A stretch of DNA of 64,000 nucleotides from Diadema setosum (taxonomy: Eukaryota). The position numbers were made by a program, and so were the translations under genes. The stretch lies in assembly GCF_964275005.1 (NCBI RefSeq), contig NC_092698.1:37616597-37680596 (forward strand), in the 5' to 3' direction. The notes beneath the pieces were generated by a model. The model ran no database searches. It was not told the DNA's origin and worked only from the letters and a program-made list of their open reading frames with translations. Below are positions 38,680 through 50,975 of the stretch, piece by piece; positions within the stretch are counted from its first letter, which is position 1, and every line of letters begins with the position of its first letter.

Positions 38680-38762
38680 ATACACACAGGCAAGAAGACA
38701 GCTGTGGTTGACGTCACCCCAGAAAAACCTCTCACTCTCTTGGTTCCACAGCAGACCAGGCG
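38680..38762 (+). CDS. TEP1: TEP1 exon 14.
   Basis: Acceptor tttttctctctcAG at 38678-79; encodes IHTGKKTAVVDVTPEKPLTLLVPQQTR; donor CG|GTAAGA at 38763. Ends in phase 2, which the next exon needs. Position anchored via ORF 38588..38833 (other frame). Confidence 0.75.
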
Positions 38763-39195
38763 GTAAGATAACAAATCAAGCACCCTTCCCCCAAAGAAAC
38801 AAGAAATATTTGCAAGTATTTAGGGACATTTAGAGATGTATTTTTGTCATCCCAAACAATTTTCACTTAGATAATTGGCTCAGTGATGCAGAATATCAGT
38901 CTATCCCCCTTCCCCCCTCCCCCAAGAAAAACAGAATTGCGGTGGGGAAACATCAAGTAGTGATAGGTTTTGTCTTCAGTGAGCTAAGGAATTGTAGCAC
39001 CTGTGTGTTTAGATTACCAGTGCAAAGTGGTTTTGATGAAGATATGATTAGTATTCCTTGTCCACTTTGTGAATTAGCTTTTTGTATTAGAATGTCTTCT
39101 GTTGGAAGACTTGTGTCCTGCCCAACATTTTGCAAATAATTCAATGAATATTTAAAGCCATGTAGTTAATATTTACCCTTGAATTCTCAACCCAG

Positions 39196-39372
39196 CACTC
39201 ACACTCTGCGAGTTTTCATCTCTTCGACCTTCCGCGACATGCATGGCGAGCGTGACCTCCTGACCCGCTTCGTCTTCCCGGAGCTGCGCGCCAAGGCGAA
39301 GGCCCGCTTCGTCAACCTGTACGAGGTGGACTTGAGATGGGGAGTGAATGAGGAGCAGACCAAACACAGCAG
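39196..39372 (+). CDS. TEP1: TEP1 exon 15 (DUF4062-like block).
   Basis: Acceptor tctcaacccAG at 39194-95; encodes (R)THTLRVFISSTFRDMHGERDLLTRFVFPELRAKAKARFVNLYEVDLRWGVNEEQTKHS; donor AG|GTGAGA at 39373. Human TEP1 has IRLFISSTFRDMHGERDLL...IDLRWGV. Anchored to ORF 39179..39376. Confidence 0.9.
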
Positions 39373-40203
39373 GTGAGAAATTATTGTCTCTTTCTGGTGG
39401 ATTGTTGGTCGTCACTGACCAACATGTTACCGGCTACGGCACATTGTCTATTTGTGACCCGCTACAACAAAAGGAGATGAAAATCGGGAGAGGACGATTT
39501 TCTGAAAATGGCATAACATTATTTTCTTACTCTTCCACTTTAATTTCATCCATAATATGAGTCATAAAAGTACTCGGTTGCAGAGATACAGATGATTTCA
39601 TTAGTGCGTGTCGAGTGGTCTAGGAAATCAGCATTTCGAGAAAACCGCCTTCAGAGTTTTCTTTCCGACGCTGTCATGATCAAGAAGATCATGATCATTT
39701 TGACCGATTTTGATGATCTGACTTCAAACACAATTTTCTTGGCTCAGCCATCAGCGACTTCAGGATCCTTTTGTTGTGGTGGGTCTTATTTGTTTCCTCC
39801 TGTGAGGAAGAGACTGGACATGGCAGCTATGAAATGACTGTCTCTGTTTAGTAGGTGATTGATAATTCTCAAGCACTGTATCACTGGTGAGGAAAACTTG
39901 GGAGCTCTTTATCCTTACATGCGGTAAGCCCCCGACACAGCAGGTGAAATATTTCTGTTGTATAGATTGCTGATTATTGTCAACTATTGCATCTAGTAAG
40001 AGGAGAAAAATGTGAAGATCATTTAAAGGTTAGAAGGGAAAAGACGTGATGCATCTAGTTAACAACAACAACAACAAAAATGTGTCTTCTGTAAGATATG
40101 ATATTTCAAGGCATAAATCTCCTAAAATAAAGTTTTGTTTTGAGCCAAATGAGCAGCACATGTAGTCTGTCAGTTACTTTCACCAATAAATTTTTAATTT
40201 CAG

Positions 40204-40446
40204 TTCCGTGGAGATATGTCTGCGTGAGGCCAACAGATGTGACCTCTTCCTGGGCATGCTGGGAAATCGCTATGGTTACATGCCACCTTCCTACCCTGAC
40301 CTGAGTGATGAAGATGAATTTTACTGGTTGCCTTGGCACCCAGCTGGCCGCTCCATCACAGAGCTGGAGATGTACCACAAGGCTCTCCATTCTGACGAGT
40401 CCACAGGGAAAGCCTTCTTCTACATCAGGAACTCTGAATTCCTCCA
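40204..40446 (+). CDS. TEP1: TEP1 exon 16.
   Basis: Acceptor tttttaatttcAG at 40202-03; encodes (S)SVEICLREANRCDLFLGMLGNRYGYMPPSYPDLSDEDEFYWLPWHPAGRSITELEMYHKALHSDESTGKAFFYIRNSEFL; donor CA|GTAAGA at 40447. Human has ...VGILGSRYGYIPPSY...GRSVTEMEV. Anchored to ORF 40208..40450. Confidence 0.85.
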
Positions 40447-41138
40447 GTAAGACTCTGTAATAACTATATCCTAGAGTCCTCTACACAATCAAAAACGAAA
40501 CAGGAAAGCTGAGAAAAATAAACATATATCAGTCTTGTTAGACTCTTGCTTGAATATTTGTCAGAGAGCACTGTAACTTTCTTTCATCGAGTCAAAGATT
40601 TCAAGTTTAAGATGAAGGCTTACAATCCTAGGGCGCTTACGTCTGTTTCTTCTTTGTTGATGTTGTTTCTTTCACATGATTTAGAGCTTTATGGTATTCC
40701 CAAGCTAAGTATATCAGCTTGATTTGTTATGACTGTGAGTTTATGTGAAGATTTGATGTTTCATTAAACATGAGAAATTTTGTATGCAGATATTTCCATT
40801 GATCTAAATCTGGTAGGAAGGTTTTGAACTTGGCACAATTTTGGTTAGCTGTATCTTACAATGATATAAGGTCACAACTGTTTTTAAAGGTTTCTCTCCA
40901 ACAGGTCATTTTGCGGAGCATAAGAAAAATATGCACCCTTTGTTTGAGATATACTGTATATACTTTTGACAGTCAATCCCAAATTTTAGCAATAAGTACA
41001 GCCTTTTTACTGGACCAGGTGCATTATTCAAGGTTGATCATCATGAGTAGGTATATGAATTAATTGTTAGTATGTATACCGTATATGAGAACTTGGGAAA
41101 AAAAAACAACAAGAAGAAGATTGCTTCTTTTTTTCCAG

Positions 41139-41252
41139 GGATGTGCCGAACAAAATACGTGGCCAATTTGAGGATAGCAGTGATCAGGCCAAGGAGAAAC
41201 TTGCCAACCTGAAGGATACTATCAGGAGCAGTGGCTGTGAGGTTTTTGACAG
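41139..41252 (+). CDS. TEP1: TEP1 exon 17.
   Basis: Acceptor cttctttttttccAG; encodes (Q)DVPNKIRGQFEDSSDQAKEKLANLKDTIRSSGCEVFD; donor AG|GTAGGA. Phase 2 to 2. No ORF anchor; coordinates may be off by 1. Confidence 0.6.
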
Positions 41253-41775
41253 GTAGGATGGCCAGACACAGAAAGTGTGAAAGCAGAATGCCTTGATTTT
41301 TTTTTCAATGTGTGCTTCAGAAGTATCTTGTATCTTTACAAATGCTTGGATGATGTCTATGTACCGTGATATTGACTTGTGAATTTCAAGTTACAATATT
41401 TCAGTGTTTATACTAAAATCAGCAATAAGCAAATGAACGAGTGCATGATAAAAGTATAATCAGTTTGTTGTCTAAATCAGAAAGGAATTTCAATTGTATT
41501 GAACTACAAATACACACACAAAAAAAGGAGATTTTAAACATAATTATGTTTCTTCCATTGTTCAGAGTTGACAGAAATATTTTATGTTTGATGAAATGAG
41601 ATCAGTAGAGATTTTTTTGTTGTGAGGGAAAAGACTGCTGGAATGATTTCTACTGACCTTAATGCATCTTTATCAGATAGAAAAATGTTTGTTCTATAAT
41701 TGTACTGAGGACATTGATGAAGCTGGTGCTGAGATTTCAAGAGAGAAATGGTTGTTATTATTTTCCTTGATGCAG

Positions 41776-41896
41776 CTATCCATGTAAGTTTGGTGGAGTG
41801 GTAGAAGGCAAACCAGTCGTAATGGGTCTGGAAGACTTTGGTCGACGCGTCATCAACAATGTCTGGAACTACATAGAGAACACCTATCCAGAGGAT
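41776..41896 (+). CDS. TEP1: TEP1 exon 18.
   Basis: Acceptor ttccttgatgcAG at 41774-75; encodes (S)YPCKFGGVVEGKPVVMGLEDFGRRVINNVWNYIENTYPED; donor GAT|GTAAGA at 41897. Human has [34 protein letters not shown]. Anchored to ORF 41798..41980. Confidence 0.85.
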
Positions 41897-42755
41897 GTAA
41901 GATTTACCAATATGACGTCTTTAGTCCAATTCTTAATATCTATTTACATGAAAACGTGTCATGAATCAGGGTGTATTTAGAAGCTCCTAATGTGTAGTTT
42001 TGATGTGGTCAAGTCCTGGCCTACCAGTGTAAATTATTTGTATGAACTTCTTCAGGATTTCTCATTACAGCTCGTGTCTCCAGCTGTTTTTTTTCTAAAT
42101 TTTTTTTCATTTTTTTTTCTTTTGTTGCTAAATGATGTGTGAAAACAACATGGACATGGTTTTGATATTGCTTAAAATCAATAAGGTATACATTGATGAG
42201 TGACTGTGCATACAAAACAGAGATGTGAAAACAATAAAAGTATTTGGTATACTGTTAAACCAGAAACATTTGCAAATTGGAGCCAAAAGCCCCTTTTTGG
42301 GCATGAAACTTTCACAAATCGGTGACTGGCATTCATTGCATTGTGTAGGCAACAACGTCCATGTGCATTATACTTTCACTAATCTTGGCTCCATGCAAAG
42401 TTCATGAAAGTTTCAAGCACACAAAATTTCTTGTTTCACCGTATGTGACATCAGTTTTAAGAGACAGTCTGAAGTTTGGGTGTATTATGACAGAGATAGG
42501 TAATAGAGGCCATGTGCAAAGAATTGCTGGTAACATTGTAGTGCTGAGAATACAAAAGTAGCTAGCATAGTATATCAAATCACTGTTTGTATTTTCTTTT
42601 CTAAAGGCTTAAGTCAACTCTGTCCTAAATGATCATGGCTATGTAGTATTTTTAGTACAAGGATTATATTTCAGTGTCTATTTGTTGAGACCAAAATCTT
42701 GATGCAGTGACTCAAGTTGTACTAACACATCGTATGTCTGCGTTTTCCATGAAAG

Positions 42756-42938
42756 GGTGAGATCTTGGATGAAGTGGCCCATGAGGGTGCTCAACACAAC
42801 ATGTTCCTCCAGTCACAGCTGGTGACATTCACTGGAAGGCAGACCCAACTCAAGCAGTGTCTGGATATCATCAAGAAGGCGGAGTCAAATCTAGTCCTTC
42901 TTGCTGGCAAGCATGGATGTGGCAAGACTGCTCTCTTG
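42756..42938 (+). CDS. TEP1: TEP1 exon 19 (NACHT P-loop/Walker A).
   Basis: Acceptor ttttccatgaaAG at 42754-55; encodes GEILDEVAHEGAQHNMFLQSQLVTFTGRQTQLKQCLDIIKKAESNLVLLAGKHGCGKTALL; donor TTG|GTAAGT at 42939. Anchored to ORF 42765..42950. Confidence 0.9.
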
Positions 42939-43855
42939 GTAAGTTTTTAAGGGTGACATCACATTTACTCCTGCAACAATTTGCTGTGGTCTTTTTTTCT
43001 CCAAGGACTTAGGGTGAGGGATAGGGTTAGGAATATGTTTATGGGTAGGTTTTATGTTTGGCTTAAATAGCGTGCATATATTTCATAGGAGCAATTGTCG
43101 CAGGAGCAAATTGTCGGCTGAGAATGAGAAGAGTGCTAAGTTGCCTCAAACACTATGGGTTTAGTGGCAACTTAACGCCCATAGCATTCTCAGTCAACAA
43201 AATGTTGTGGAACTGTTTGTAAGATCATTAACCCAGGGCTGTTGGCTATCATTACGAACCTCACTCCAACAACACCTTATACTTATTTCAGTTTGGTGGC
43301 CACCATGCAAAGTTTACCAACTTTACCAACTTTACCAACTGAAAATATTTTCCTGTTGCAGTGTGCCCCAAATTTGTTAAGTTAGACACTTCTACAACAT
43401 ATTTCTACCTCCATTGGTAAACCTCACCTGTAGTTAGAATTGATAGATGTGCTAGTACTGCAAGATGTTTGTTGTGGGTCTAGTTCTCAACTGTGGATAT
43501 GAAATTTTACTCTAATGCAGTGTATGTGTGTGGAATATTGTGAGGTTTCCAGTCATTATGACTCAGAGATTTTCCTGTTACAGGTATTTATTGTATTGAA
43601 CTGATGAAAAGATGTCTTGCATATTATTCCTTGTTTCAAAAACTTGTCTGCATAAACAGGGATTTGAAATGTTATTATGTCATGGCTTGGCCAAATGGAC
43701 CCAGCTTGTCATTTTCTCTTACAATTGGATATGATTACTGAATGTCAAGGAGTTCTCATATCAAGTTTTTATTTGAGGTTGTCTTCTGATGATATTCATG
43801 TGTTGATTAACATTATGTTGTTGTAAACTGAATCTCTACATTGTCTGTCATCCAG

Positions 43856-44031
43856 GCTTCAGTTGTTGATACCATGATGTCCAAACTGGAGGAACAGGAC
43901 AAGCGAAACATCCTGATCCATTTCGTTGGGGCTGTGTCAGGGTCGGCCCACGTCACCCCCCTCCTTAGGAGGCTATGTAGTGAGCTGCAGCGCCGCTTTG
44001 GTCTGGAGATTCAGATTCCTCAGGAATACAA
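43856..44031 (+). CDS. TEP1: TEP1 exon 20 (NACHT).
   Basis: Acceptor ctgtcatccAG at 43854-55; encodes ASVVDTMMSKLEEQDKRNILIHFVGAVSGSAHVTPLLRRLCSELQRRFGLEIQIPQEY; donor AA|GTGAGT at 44032. Human has ...FFHFSGARPDQGLALTLLRRLCTYL. Anchored to ORF 43841..44035. Confidence 0.9.
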
Positions 44032-44576
44032 GTGAGTGTTCTTTGTCATTTTTTTCTCTCCGCATTCAGAAGTGTTCAGTGGGTTGTTTTTGTTGTTGTG
44101 GTGGTTGTTGTTGAGAGTTATTGTTTGTGTGATATGTAAAGTAATGTCAGGATGAAGCTGTGCAGCTGAATTATTTAAAGTTACAGAATCTTTAAAGCAG
44201 TGACAAAGTTTTATTCAAAACACAGCCTGTGTGTGTGATGGGTAGACTTTGTAAGAATGAAAGGACACTAATCTACATTGACAGTACTTAGTACTTGAAT
44301 TCCCTTGAAGGTCGATGACTTTCCCTGGATGAACACCATCCCATCACACAGGTTATTCCCAGCTTGAAGATACCCAATCTTTGCTGAGTGAAAAGAAGCA
44401 GTGTGACGCCGCTATTTACTGCTGGATGAAGTATGCAGCCAGATCTTGATTTGAATTTAAAATTCTTGGATGGGCAGTCCAACATCTTAACTGAAAGATT
44501 GTTGCACTTTTACATGCGTGCAATGAATGGATTTCAGTATGATCTTCTTCACTCTAAATGACTTTGTTTCTTGTAG

Positions 44577-44730
44577 GAATCTTGTGTCTGAGTTTCCTCA
44601 CTTCCTGGAGAAGGCTGCCACATACGTCGACTCCACCTGCAAGCTGGTCATCTTTATCGACGGCATCAACAACATGGATACTGCCTACCAGGCTCACAAC
44701 TTAGACTGGCTGCCACAGAACATTCCACAG
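44577..44730 (+). CDS. TEP1: TEP1 exon 21 (NACHT Walker B-like VIFIDGINNMD).
   Basis: Acceptor ctttgtttcttgtAG at 44575-76; encodes (K)NLVSEFPHFLEKAATYVDSTCKLVIFIDGINNMDTAYQAHNLDWLPQNIPQ; donor CAG|GTGTGC at 44731. Anchored to ORF 44527..44784. Confidence 0.9.
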
Positions 44731-45122
44731 GTGTGCCTCGTCACTGGAATGTGGCATTGTTTTGGGTTTTCTGTGTTGTTGTAAATGCTTTGTTGTCTCT
44801 GTGTCGTGGCATTTCATGTCAGTGATTGGTAATAGGAAACTTCACATTTCATCAACATTGTAATCTTTATCAAACCTTTGTTTATCATCGCTGTCACACA
44901 GGGTCCTCATCACTTGTTTGTTTTTTTTTTATTCATATTGTAAGGAAGTCAAATAAGGTTACATGTATGATTATCACAACTAACATTCATAATGTATAGT
45001 TTTCAATTGAAATATCTGCCTGTGTCACTCATTTTACATTTGTGTGAAAATAGCCATTTTTGACTGCACAATGGTACAGTTATGGATGTTTGTTTTTTTT
45101 TCTCTCCCCATGACTGGTTTAG

Positions 45123-45299
45123 AATGTGGTCTTTGTCCTGAGTGCGGTCAGTGGCACCCCTGCCCACGCTGCTGCAGTCCGTCGCCAGGCCACTATGGTG
45201 GAGCTCGGACCACTGGACCTCCTGGACAAGGCTGAGGTTGTCCGGCGAACTCTTGCTTCATATCACAAGACTCTGGATGAATCTCCCTTCAACAACCAG
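45123..45299 (+). CDS. TEP1: TEP1 exon 22.
   Basis: Acceptor tgactggtttAG at 45121-22; encodes NVVFVLSAVSGTPAHAAAVRRQATMVELGPLDLLDKAEVVRRTLASYHKTLDESPFNNQ; donor CAG|GTACGA at 45300. ESPFNNQ is identical to human TEP1. Anchored to ORF 45126..45425. Confidence 0.9.
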
Positions 45300-45705
45300 G
45301 TACGATACACCATTTTTACTACATTTCAGTTTCATATATTTGTCAGTTTAGTTTATTTCTTTTTGTTATTAAAAAACTCATTCAGGACAATATGCACTTC
45401 AGGCCTGTCTTTGAATACCAGCTAAACCTTGAAGATATTTTCTCATTCTTGGTAGATATTTATAACAAACTAGTTAATCTGTAGGACAAATTGTATAGTG
45501 TTGAGTTATTATATTTTTTGTCAAGGTTTTTGTGCAATTTTCTTTTTTTTTTAGAATTATATCAAGTGAAAATATGAATATAAAGATGTACCAAAATCAT
45601 TTTCTGACTTATGAATTTTGGAAACGGTAATTACATTTTTTTTTTTTGTTGCTGAAAATAATTCCTTTTATGCTTACATCTTGTCTTTCTCCTCAACTCT
45701 GATAG

Positions 45706-45798
45706 ATGAAGCTGTTGGTATCGAAGAAGGAGGCCAACCTACCCCTGTTCCTGAAACTGGCCTGTGAGGAGCTGAGAGTCTTTGGAGTCTTTGAAGAG
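45706..45798 (+). CDS. TEP1: TEP1 exon 23.
   Basis: Acceptor ctcaactctgatAG at 45704-05; encodes MKLLVSKKEANLPLFLKLACEELRVFGVFEE; donor GAG|GTATGG at 45799. Human has MRLLLVKRESGRPLYLRLVTDHLRLFTLYEQ. Position verified against minus ORF 45674..45919. Confidence 0.8.
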
Positions 45799-46334
45799 GT
45801 ATGGGAAAACCCCACCCTCCTTCCCTAAATTGAGAATGACAGATAGGATGAAGGAGTCTAATCAAGGATGACCTTTGTTTCCTCAGTCTATAATTTGCTA
45901 CTAGTTTGCTGAGCTTCACAATTAGTCATTTTTTTTTTCAACCAGTTTGACGAAATTCACTGTTAGTATTTAGAGATAGATGAATGTATGTGTCATCCAT
46001 TGCTAGTGTAAAGCCAGGAAATATGTTAAAAAGAGGAAAGATGAATCTTTATACATATTTCAGTGTCTTGTGGAAATTTGTCTGACCAAGAATTACAGAA
46101 TTATCTGAGAAAGAATTTGCACATAAATGAAAAATATCAGTTAAAAAGATTTGTGTTACAGCTATGCATGAGTTTCCAATTCGTACATTTGTAGTCTCTG
46201 AGCCTCTTTTTAATGATCTCATTTGCTGTTTAACCCTTTGTAGATAGTGGTTTGCAGCCCAGGATGTCATAATTCCACATTAGTCTTCAAGATTGAATGA
46301 GACTTGAATTTGTTCCTGGTCGTATAACAAACAG

Positions 46335-46467
46335 GTGTCTATCAGGTTGAAGGCTATGTCACACACCATCAGCACCCTACTACAGGAGGTACTGAAGAGA
46401 CTGGAGGATGATCATGGTGTGGATATCATCACCACAGCCCTGGCATTGCTGGTATCTTCAAGAGATG
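46335..46467 (+). CDS. TEP1: TEP1 exon 24.
   Basis: Acceptor gtataacaaacAG; encodes VSIRLKAMSHTISTLLQEVLKRLEDDHGVDIITTALALLVSSRD; donor G|GTGAGT. Ends in phase 1. Human has VSERLRTLPATVPLLLQHILSTLEKEHGPDVLPQALTAL. No ORF anchor. Confidence 0.7.
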
Positions 46468-47093
46468 GTGAGTTACCAGTCTAAGGTTCTTGTCTTGCTT
46501 TGAGAAACCAAAGAGAAGTCTGAGATTTGATGCCCTGAAAAAAAAAATAGAGCATTGACACACGGTTTAATCTTTTATTTGCCCAGGCACTCAGCTTAAT
46601 TGGCCAAGTTTCTTAATCAGCATTTAGTAATCCCCGTAAGTGTAACCCAGTTGTTAATTTAGTGAGCCCACTCAGGTGCAGCAATGTGTCTCAGTCTAAC
46701 AGAATGGCCAAGGTGGCACACTAGGGATTAGCGGGATTAGGTAATCTCTAGTCATTGACAATTTCTTCCCAGACTATGAAGATTTGATTATCATGTCTTT
46801 GGTACTCCAAAGACTGGTGGTAGTAAAATATGAATTCCTGGATTGACAGTGTATATATGTTGACATGCAGTGATCTCATTTTGTAGTGTTTAGAGTGGTG
46901 AGGGGCCACTAAAGAGTAATGCACACAGTGATTCATGTGTTGGGTGACTATGATGTCATCAGAATAAGAAAATTAAGAGATAGGATCTCATCCTTTGCCT
47001 ATATTTCATCACCACATTAGAAGCATTTTCTCATCTGTTGCTGTTATTTCTTATTCTTTGCCTCTTTTACATGCTGTATATAATTGCCTTTAA

Positions 47094-47178
47094 CCTGTTG
47101 AGGATGGACTGATTTTGCTACAACACGCACTTCCCATAGACACCTGCCTGAGTGTACTCGTAACTTGCCCTCAACGGG
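47094..47178. mobile_element. piggyBac-like mini-MITE (85 bp) with TTAA TSDs, 67 bp upstream of TEP1 exon 25.
   Basis: TTAA(47090-93)|CCTGTTGAGGA...CCCTCAACGGG|TTAA(47179-82). Position verified against the ATG at 47214. Confidence 0.7.
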
Positions 47179-47244
47179 TTAATAGTTGAAATGGAAGAGT
47201 CAAGTGATATTGTATGCCATCTCCCTGTGTTTCAAAATGTCCAG

Positions 47245-47425
47245 GTTTGCTGGAGGAAGATCTTCACCACCTGCTGAGTCTTCACATCAACCAGAGTGGA
47301 ACTAAGTATGGCTATATAGACATCCAGTTGACCATACTGAGCCCAGAGGATCTGATGCCAAAAGCTGTACTGGCCAAGGTGGTGCGGGGGATCAGGTCTC
47401 TTCTGGCACCTACCGGAGAACATAG
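47245..47425 (+). CDS. TEP1: TEP1 exon 25.
   Basis: Acceptor caaaatgtccAG at 47243-44; encodes (G)LLEEDLHHLLSLHINQSGTKYGYIDIQLTILSPEDLMPKAVLAKVVRGIRSLLAPTGEH; donor AG|GTGGGG at 47426. Anchored to ORF 47214..47435. Confidence 0.8.
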
Positions 47426-48189
47426 GTGGGGATAATGCCAGATTCAAGGATGTTACAACTGTGTAGTGGAGATTCATTTTACTGTTGATTTTTCTTCCCA
47501 GGATATGTTCTGTATCTATTATCATCTTCAAAACTTAAGGCAGATGAAGCAATAATTGCAAAGTACCATAGGCTTGTTTTCAGTGCGCTATAGCCGTATC
47601 AGGACAATTACCCCCTGACTAAATACAAGTTAGTGTTAGGGTTAGAGTAAATAAGGGTTCGGGTTAGGTTTCAGGTTTTAATTTGGGTTAGGATTAGGAT
47701 TAGGTTCGGGATGAGGATTAAGCTTAGGATAAGGGAAGAGTCCTGTGTAATCGTCCTTGAACCCCAAAATGTGAGGAATGAATATGCCATTCTCATTGTA
47801 TAGTGTAAATCCTACAATACTGTGCTGTGGAGTGAATGTGTGAATGAAGCATAAGGTCAAGAGAATACATTACAGTTACAGAGAAAATTGACCAGTTTGG
47901 TTATGACACCTTTAACAAAGATATAGTTTCCTTGACCCCTTTGCAGTTTTAGGTTTTGATGTAATGAGGATAGTGAGGACATAGATAACTTTTTGCCATT
48001 TATAAATGGAATTTTCAAAATTCAGATATTTTTACAACTAGTATTCTACTAGCCTGTTGTTGTCAGAGAAATATTTGAGAGTCATATCATAAAAGCTGGA
48101 AGGGTGCAAAGAATGCTGTAATCACAAAATGACTTTTGGTTTTGCATTGAGATCAAATGTGTACCACTCCTGTATTCCTTCCATGACAG

Positions 48190-48299
48190 TGATGGCAGAC
48201 TGAAGGTGAGCCATGGTCAGATCAGTCAGGCCATTGTCCAGCGCTACATGAAGGGAGCGGCCAGTGAGCTGCAGCAGAGAACCAATTGTTTGCTAGCCG
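48190..48299 (+). CDS. TEP1: TEP1 exon 26.
   Basis: Acceptor ttccatgacAG; encodes (S)DGRLKVSHGQISQAIVQRYMKGAASELQQRTNCLLA; donor G|GTAAGT. Phase 2 to 1. No ORF anchor. Confidence 0.65.
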
Positions 48300-48655
48300 G
48301 TAAGTGACCTGGTCATTCCTGTTGTTCCTTCAAGAACTGTAGGTGCATAGAACTAGAGTCATTCTTCACTCGCCAGTAAGAGACTGGGTCATTCCTTTCC
48401 TTCTTTTAAGGTCTATAGCTTTTGAGGAAGCTTTGTTTGAATTTGCTATCTGGTAGGAAGACTAAGTCAGACCTTGACTTTACTAATATGAGGATTTTTG
48501 ATCCTGTGTAAGGTCTTTGTGTTGTATGAAATCAGTACAACACCATACTGCATGTTTGTATTGTGAATGTCTTTGCTAAACTTAGGCCAATAAATATTTT
48601 GACCTTTTAAAGACCATGAATCACAGACACAATTTGTAAAAAGTTTTATTGTTAA

Positions 48656-48740
48656 CCCGTTGAGGATGAGTCCCGAGTATACTCGGGCAGGTGTCTATGG
48701 GAAATGCGTGTTGTAGCAAAATCAAACCGTCCTCAACGGG
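48656..48740. mobile_element. piggyBac-like mini-MITE (85 bp) with TTAA TSDs, 100 bp upstream of TEP1 exon 27.
   Basis: TTAA|CCCGTTGAGGATGAGTCCCGAGTATACTCGGGCAGGTGTCTATGGGAAATGCGTGTTGTAGCAAAATCAAACCGTCCTCAACGGG|TTAA. Confidence 0.7.
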
Positions 48741-48840
48741 TTAAGATAGACAAGCCATTTCTACATCCTGGACAAGAAACCATTGTGTGATGAAATAACA
48801 ACAAAGAGCAGATACTGACTTGAATGATTTCTTCCACCAG

Positions 48841-49043
48841 GTTATTTCCGCAAGCTGGCCAGGTCATACAGAAGCTTGGTTTCTCCCTGGGTTGTGTCCT
48901 TCCCCTATGCCCTGACTGAACTACCTTACCATCTGGTGCAGGCTGGACTCTTTAAGGAGCTTCAGGCCATCCTCTCTGACCCATTCTTCATCCAGGCCAA
49001 GTGTGAGGCTGGTCTTATCACATCCCTCTTGGAAGACTTCCAG
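48841..49043 (+). CDS. TEP1: TEP1 exon 27.
   Basis: Acceptor tttcttccaccAG at 48839-40; encodes (G)YFRKLARSYRSLVSPWVVSFPYALTELPYHLVQAGLFKELQAILSDPFFIQAKCEAGLITSLLEDFQ; donor CAG|GTTAGA at 49044. Human has LGDLPYHLLQSGNRGLLSKFLTNLHVVAAHLELGLVSRLLEAH. Anchored to ORF 48876..49130. Confidence 0.85.
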
Positions 49044-49339
49044 GTTAGACTGGTAACCTTTGTTTGTTACCCCCGGCAACTACTGATGAACTTAGAATTA
49101 TGCAACACTTTGCATCAAGGCTGTGCCTAATGCATGTTCATTATCGCCAGCTATTCTCCCAATGCTAGTTAGAAATATATTGCATTGTTATTTGTAGTTT
49201 TCTGTTTAGATATGCAGACTTCTGCCTTTTGCAGATAGAGAGAAGGTGTTGCCTACATGAAGTCGTGATGTTATGTTACCCCATAAGATGCAAATGAGAG
49301 GGTATCACTGCTTATTAAATGGGATGTGTATACTTATTG

Positions 49340-49570
49340 TAAGTCCTATACTGTAAAAGTGGATATGCTCAGCGGAGTAAGATGAGTTTCGCATGTTTTT
49401 TATTCCGTGGAATCAAGACATGAACTACTGGAACATATAGCAAGCAAAACTATTCGTGTGCTTTTATTTTCATGCTGGTTTGTGGTTGCGCGAAATGTGT
49501 GATAATTTCAATACCGTGAAAATTTCCACTTTTACAGTATATATCTCGGTGTGGTGCTGGTTGCTTAACT
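49340..49570. repeat. Partial/internal copy of the ~270-bp parent element of the TTAA mini-MITE family.
   Basis: tactgtaaaagtgga...gatgagtttcgcatgttttttattccgtggaatcaagacatgaactactggaacatatagcaagcaaaa...gcgaaatgtgtgataatttcaataccgtgaaaatttccacttttacagta. Boundaries approximate. Confidence 0.5.
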
Positions 49571-49669
49571 AACTATTCACAATGTCTATAACAGTTGGGT
49601 CATACCCAATGTATCAGTCTTGGATACAGGTACACTTGTAAATGACACGAATGATATCTTTTTTTCCAG

Positions 49670-49951
49670 GCCAACACACCTTCTCTCTCCAAAGCTGTCC
49701 TTCGTGAGCGAGAGAAGTTCCTGACCAACCCTCTGATGCAGGCCTTCCGTGCCTTCCTCTCACGCAACCTTCACATCCTGACCATGTGCCCTCAGTTGCT
49801 ATGGCAACAGGCCCTGAACGAGCCAGACTCCTCGGCAGTTCGGGAGGCGGTGCTGGACTGTGAAGGGGCGGACGGTAAGGGTGTGGTCACTTGGAGGAAC
49901 AAGAGAGAAGTGGCGGATGAGTGCTCCATGACCCTCACAGGATTCACACAG
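49670..49951 (+). CDS. TEP1: TEP1 exon 28.
   Basis: Acceptor tctttttttccAG at 49668-69; encodes ANTPSLSKAVLREREKFLTNPLMQAFRAFLSRNLHILTMCPQLLWQQALNEPDSSAVREAVLDCEGADGKGVVTWRNKREVADECSMTLTGFTQ; donor CAG|GTGGGT at 49952. Anchored to ORF 49736..49969. Confidence 0.85.
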
Positions 49952-50450
49952 GTGGGTAGCAGGGCTTGACACTAACTTTTTTGTCTGGTGGGCCATTAAA
50001 ACCACTAAAATCTTCGAAAGTCTAACATTTTAGTGGCCCCAAAAAGATATGTAGGGGCCTGAAGTAAAAGTTAAAATGACATTCCATTTTGAATCTTAGT
50101 TGCCTGATCAGGCCACCAAAAGCTCTCTTTTTGTTGCCTGACACCACATTTTAGTGGCCTTGGCCCAATGGGCCACTGCTAATCTTGAGCCATGGGTACA
50201 AGCATGTTAAACTCTGCTTGTTTCTATTTGGTTGTTTGTTTATGGGGTTTTCTTTATTCTATCTCTACTAGAGCACGTAGGAATTTATGGTTAACATAAA
50301 ATGTTTTATCACTCCACACAACCAAGCACAAAGAACACTTTAAAGCAACTATGCAATAGGCTGTCCACTTTCTTGAAGTTTTGCAGTCATTTTCTATCAG
50401 CACACACTAACATTTTGACCATCCTGATTTCTTTTGTTTTTCCTGTACAG

Positions 50451-50546
50451 GCTGTCTTGTGTGTTGCCATAGCTCCTGGGGACCAGTATTTTGCTGTGGG
50501 AACCAAGAACTGCCAACTAAAACTGTTTGAACTGGCGACTGGAAAG
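50451..50546 (+). CDS. TEP1: TEP1 exon 29 (start of WD40 region).
   Basis: Acceptor tgtttttcctgtacAG at 50449-50; encodes AVLCVAIAPGDQYFAVGTKNCQLKLFELATGK; donor AAG|GTAAGT at 50547. Anchored to ORF 50301..50600. Confidence 0.85.
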
Positions 50547-50975
50547 GTAAGTTGTCCTGCAGTAGAGCCAAGGATTTCTGTGGCTATGCCAATCCAATGA
50601 AGCTGGTCACAGCAAATATACAGTACATGGTCTACATCATTGAATCATAGGATACCACCACAAAACCTCACCGTCCTTTCACACATATATGATTGAAAAG
50701 AGAAGGTAGTATTGTGAAGGTGAGGCAAAGACATGCAAATTGTTGTAAAGGGAGATTTACGTGATTGTGATGAAACCCCGTACCTACAATTTAGGAATGT
50801 TGGAGGCAAACTGGACCAGAACTAAGAGAATTATGGCAGTCAGAATGCAGTGGTCATCCTATGTGTTGTCTCTTGAGATACAAAGTGGCTGCTGTGATCA
50901 AATGACAGTGAGATGGCATGTATGAAAGATGTGATTAGTATGGAGATAAAGAGACAACCGTATGATGTACCTTAA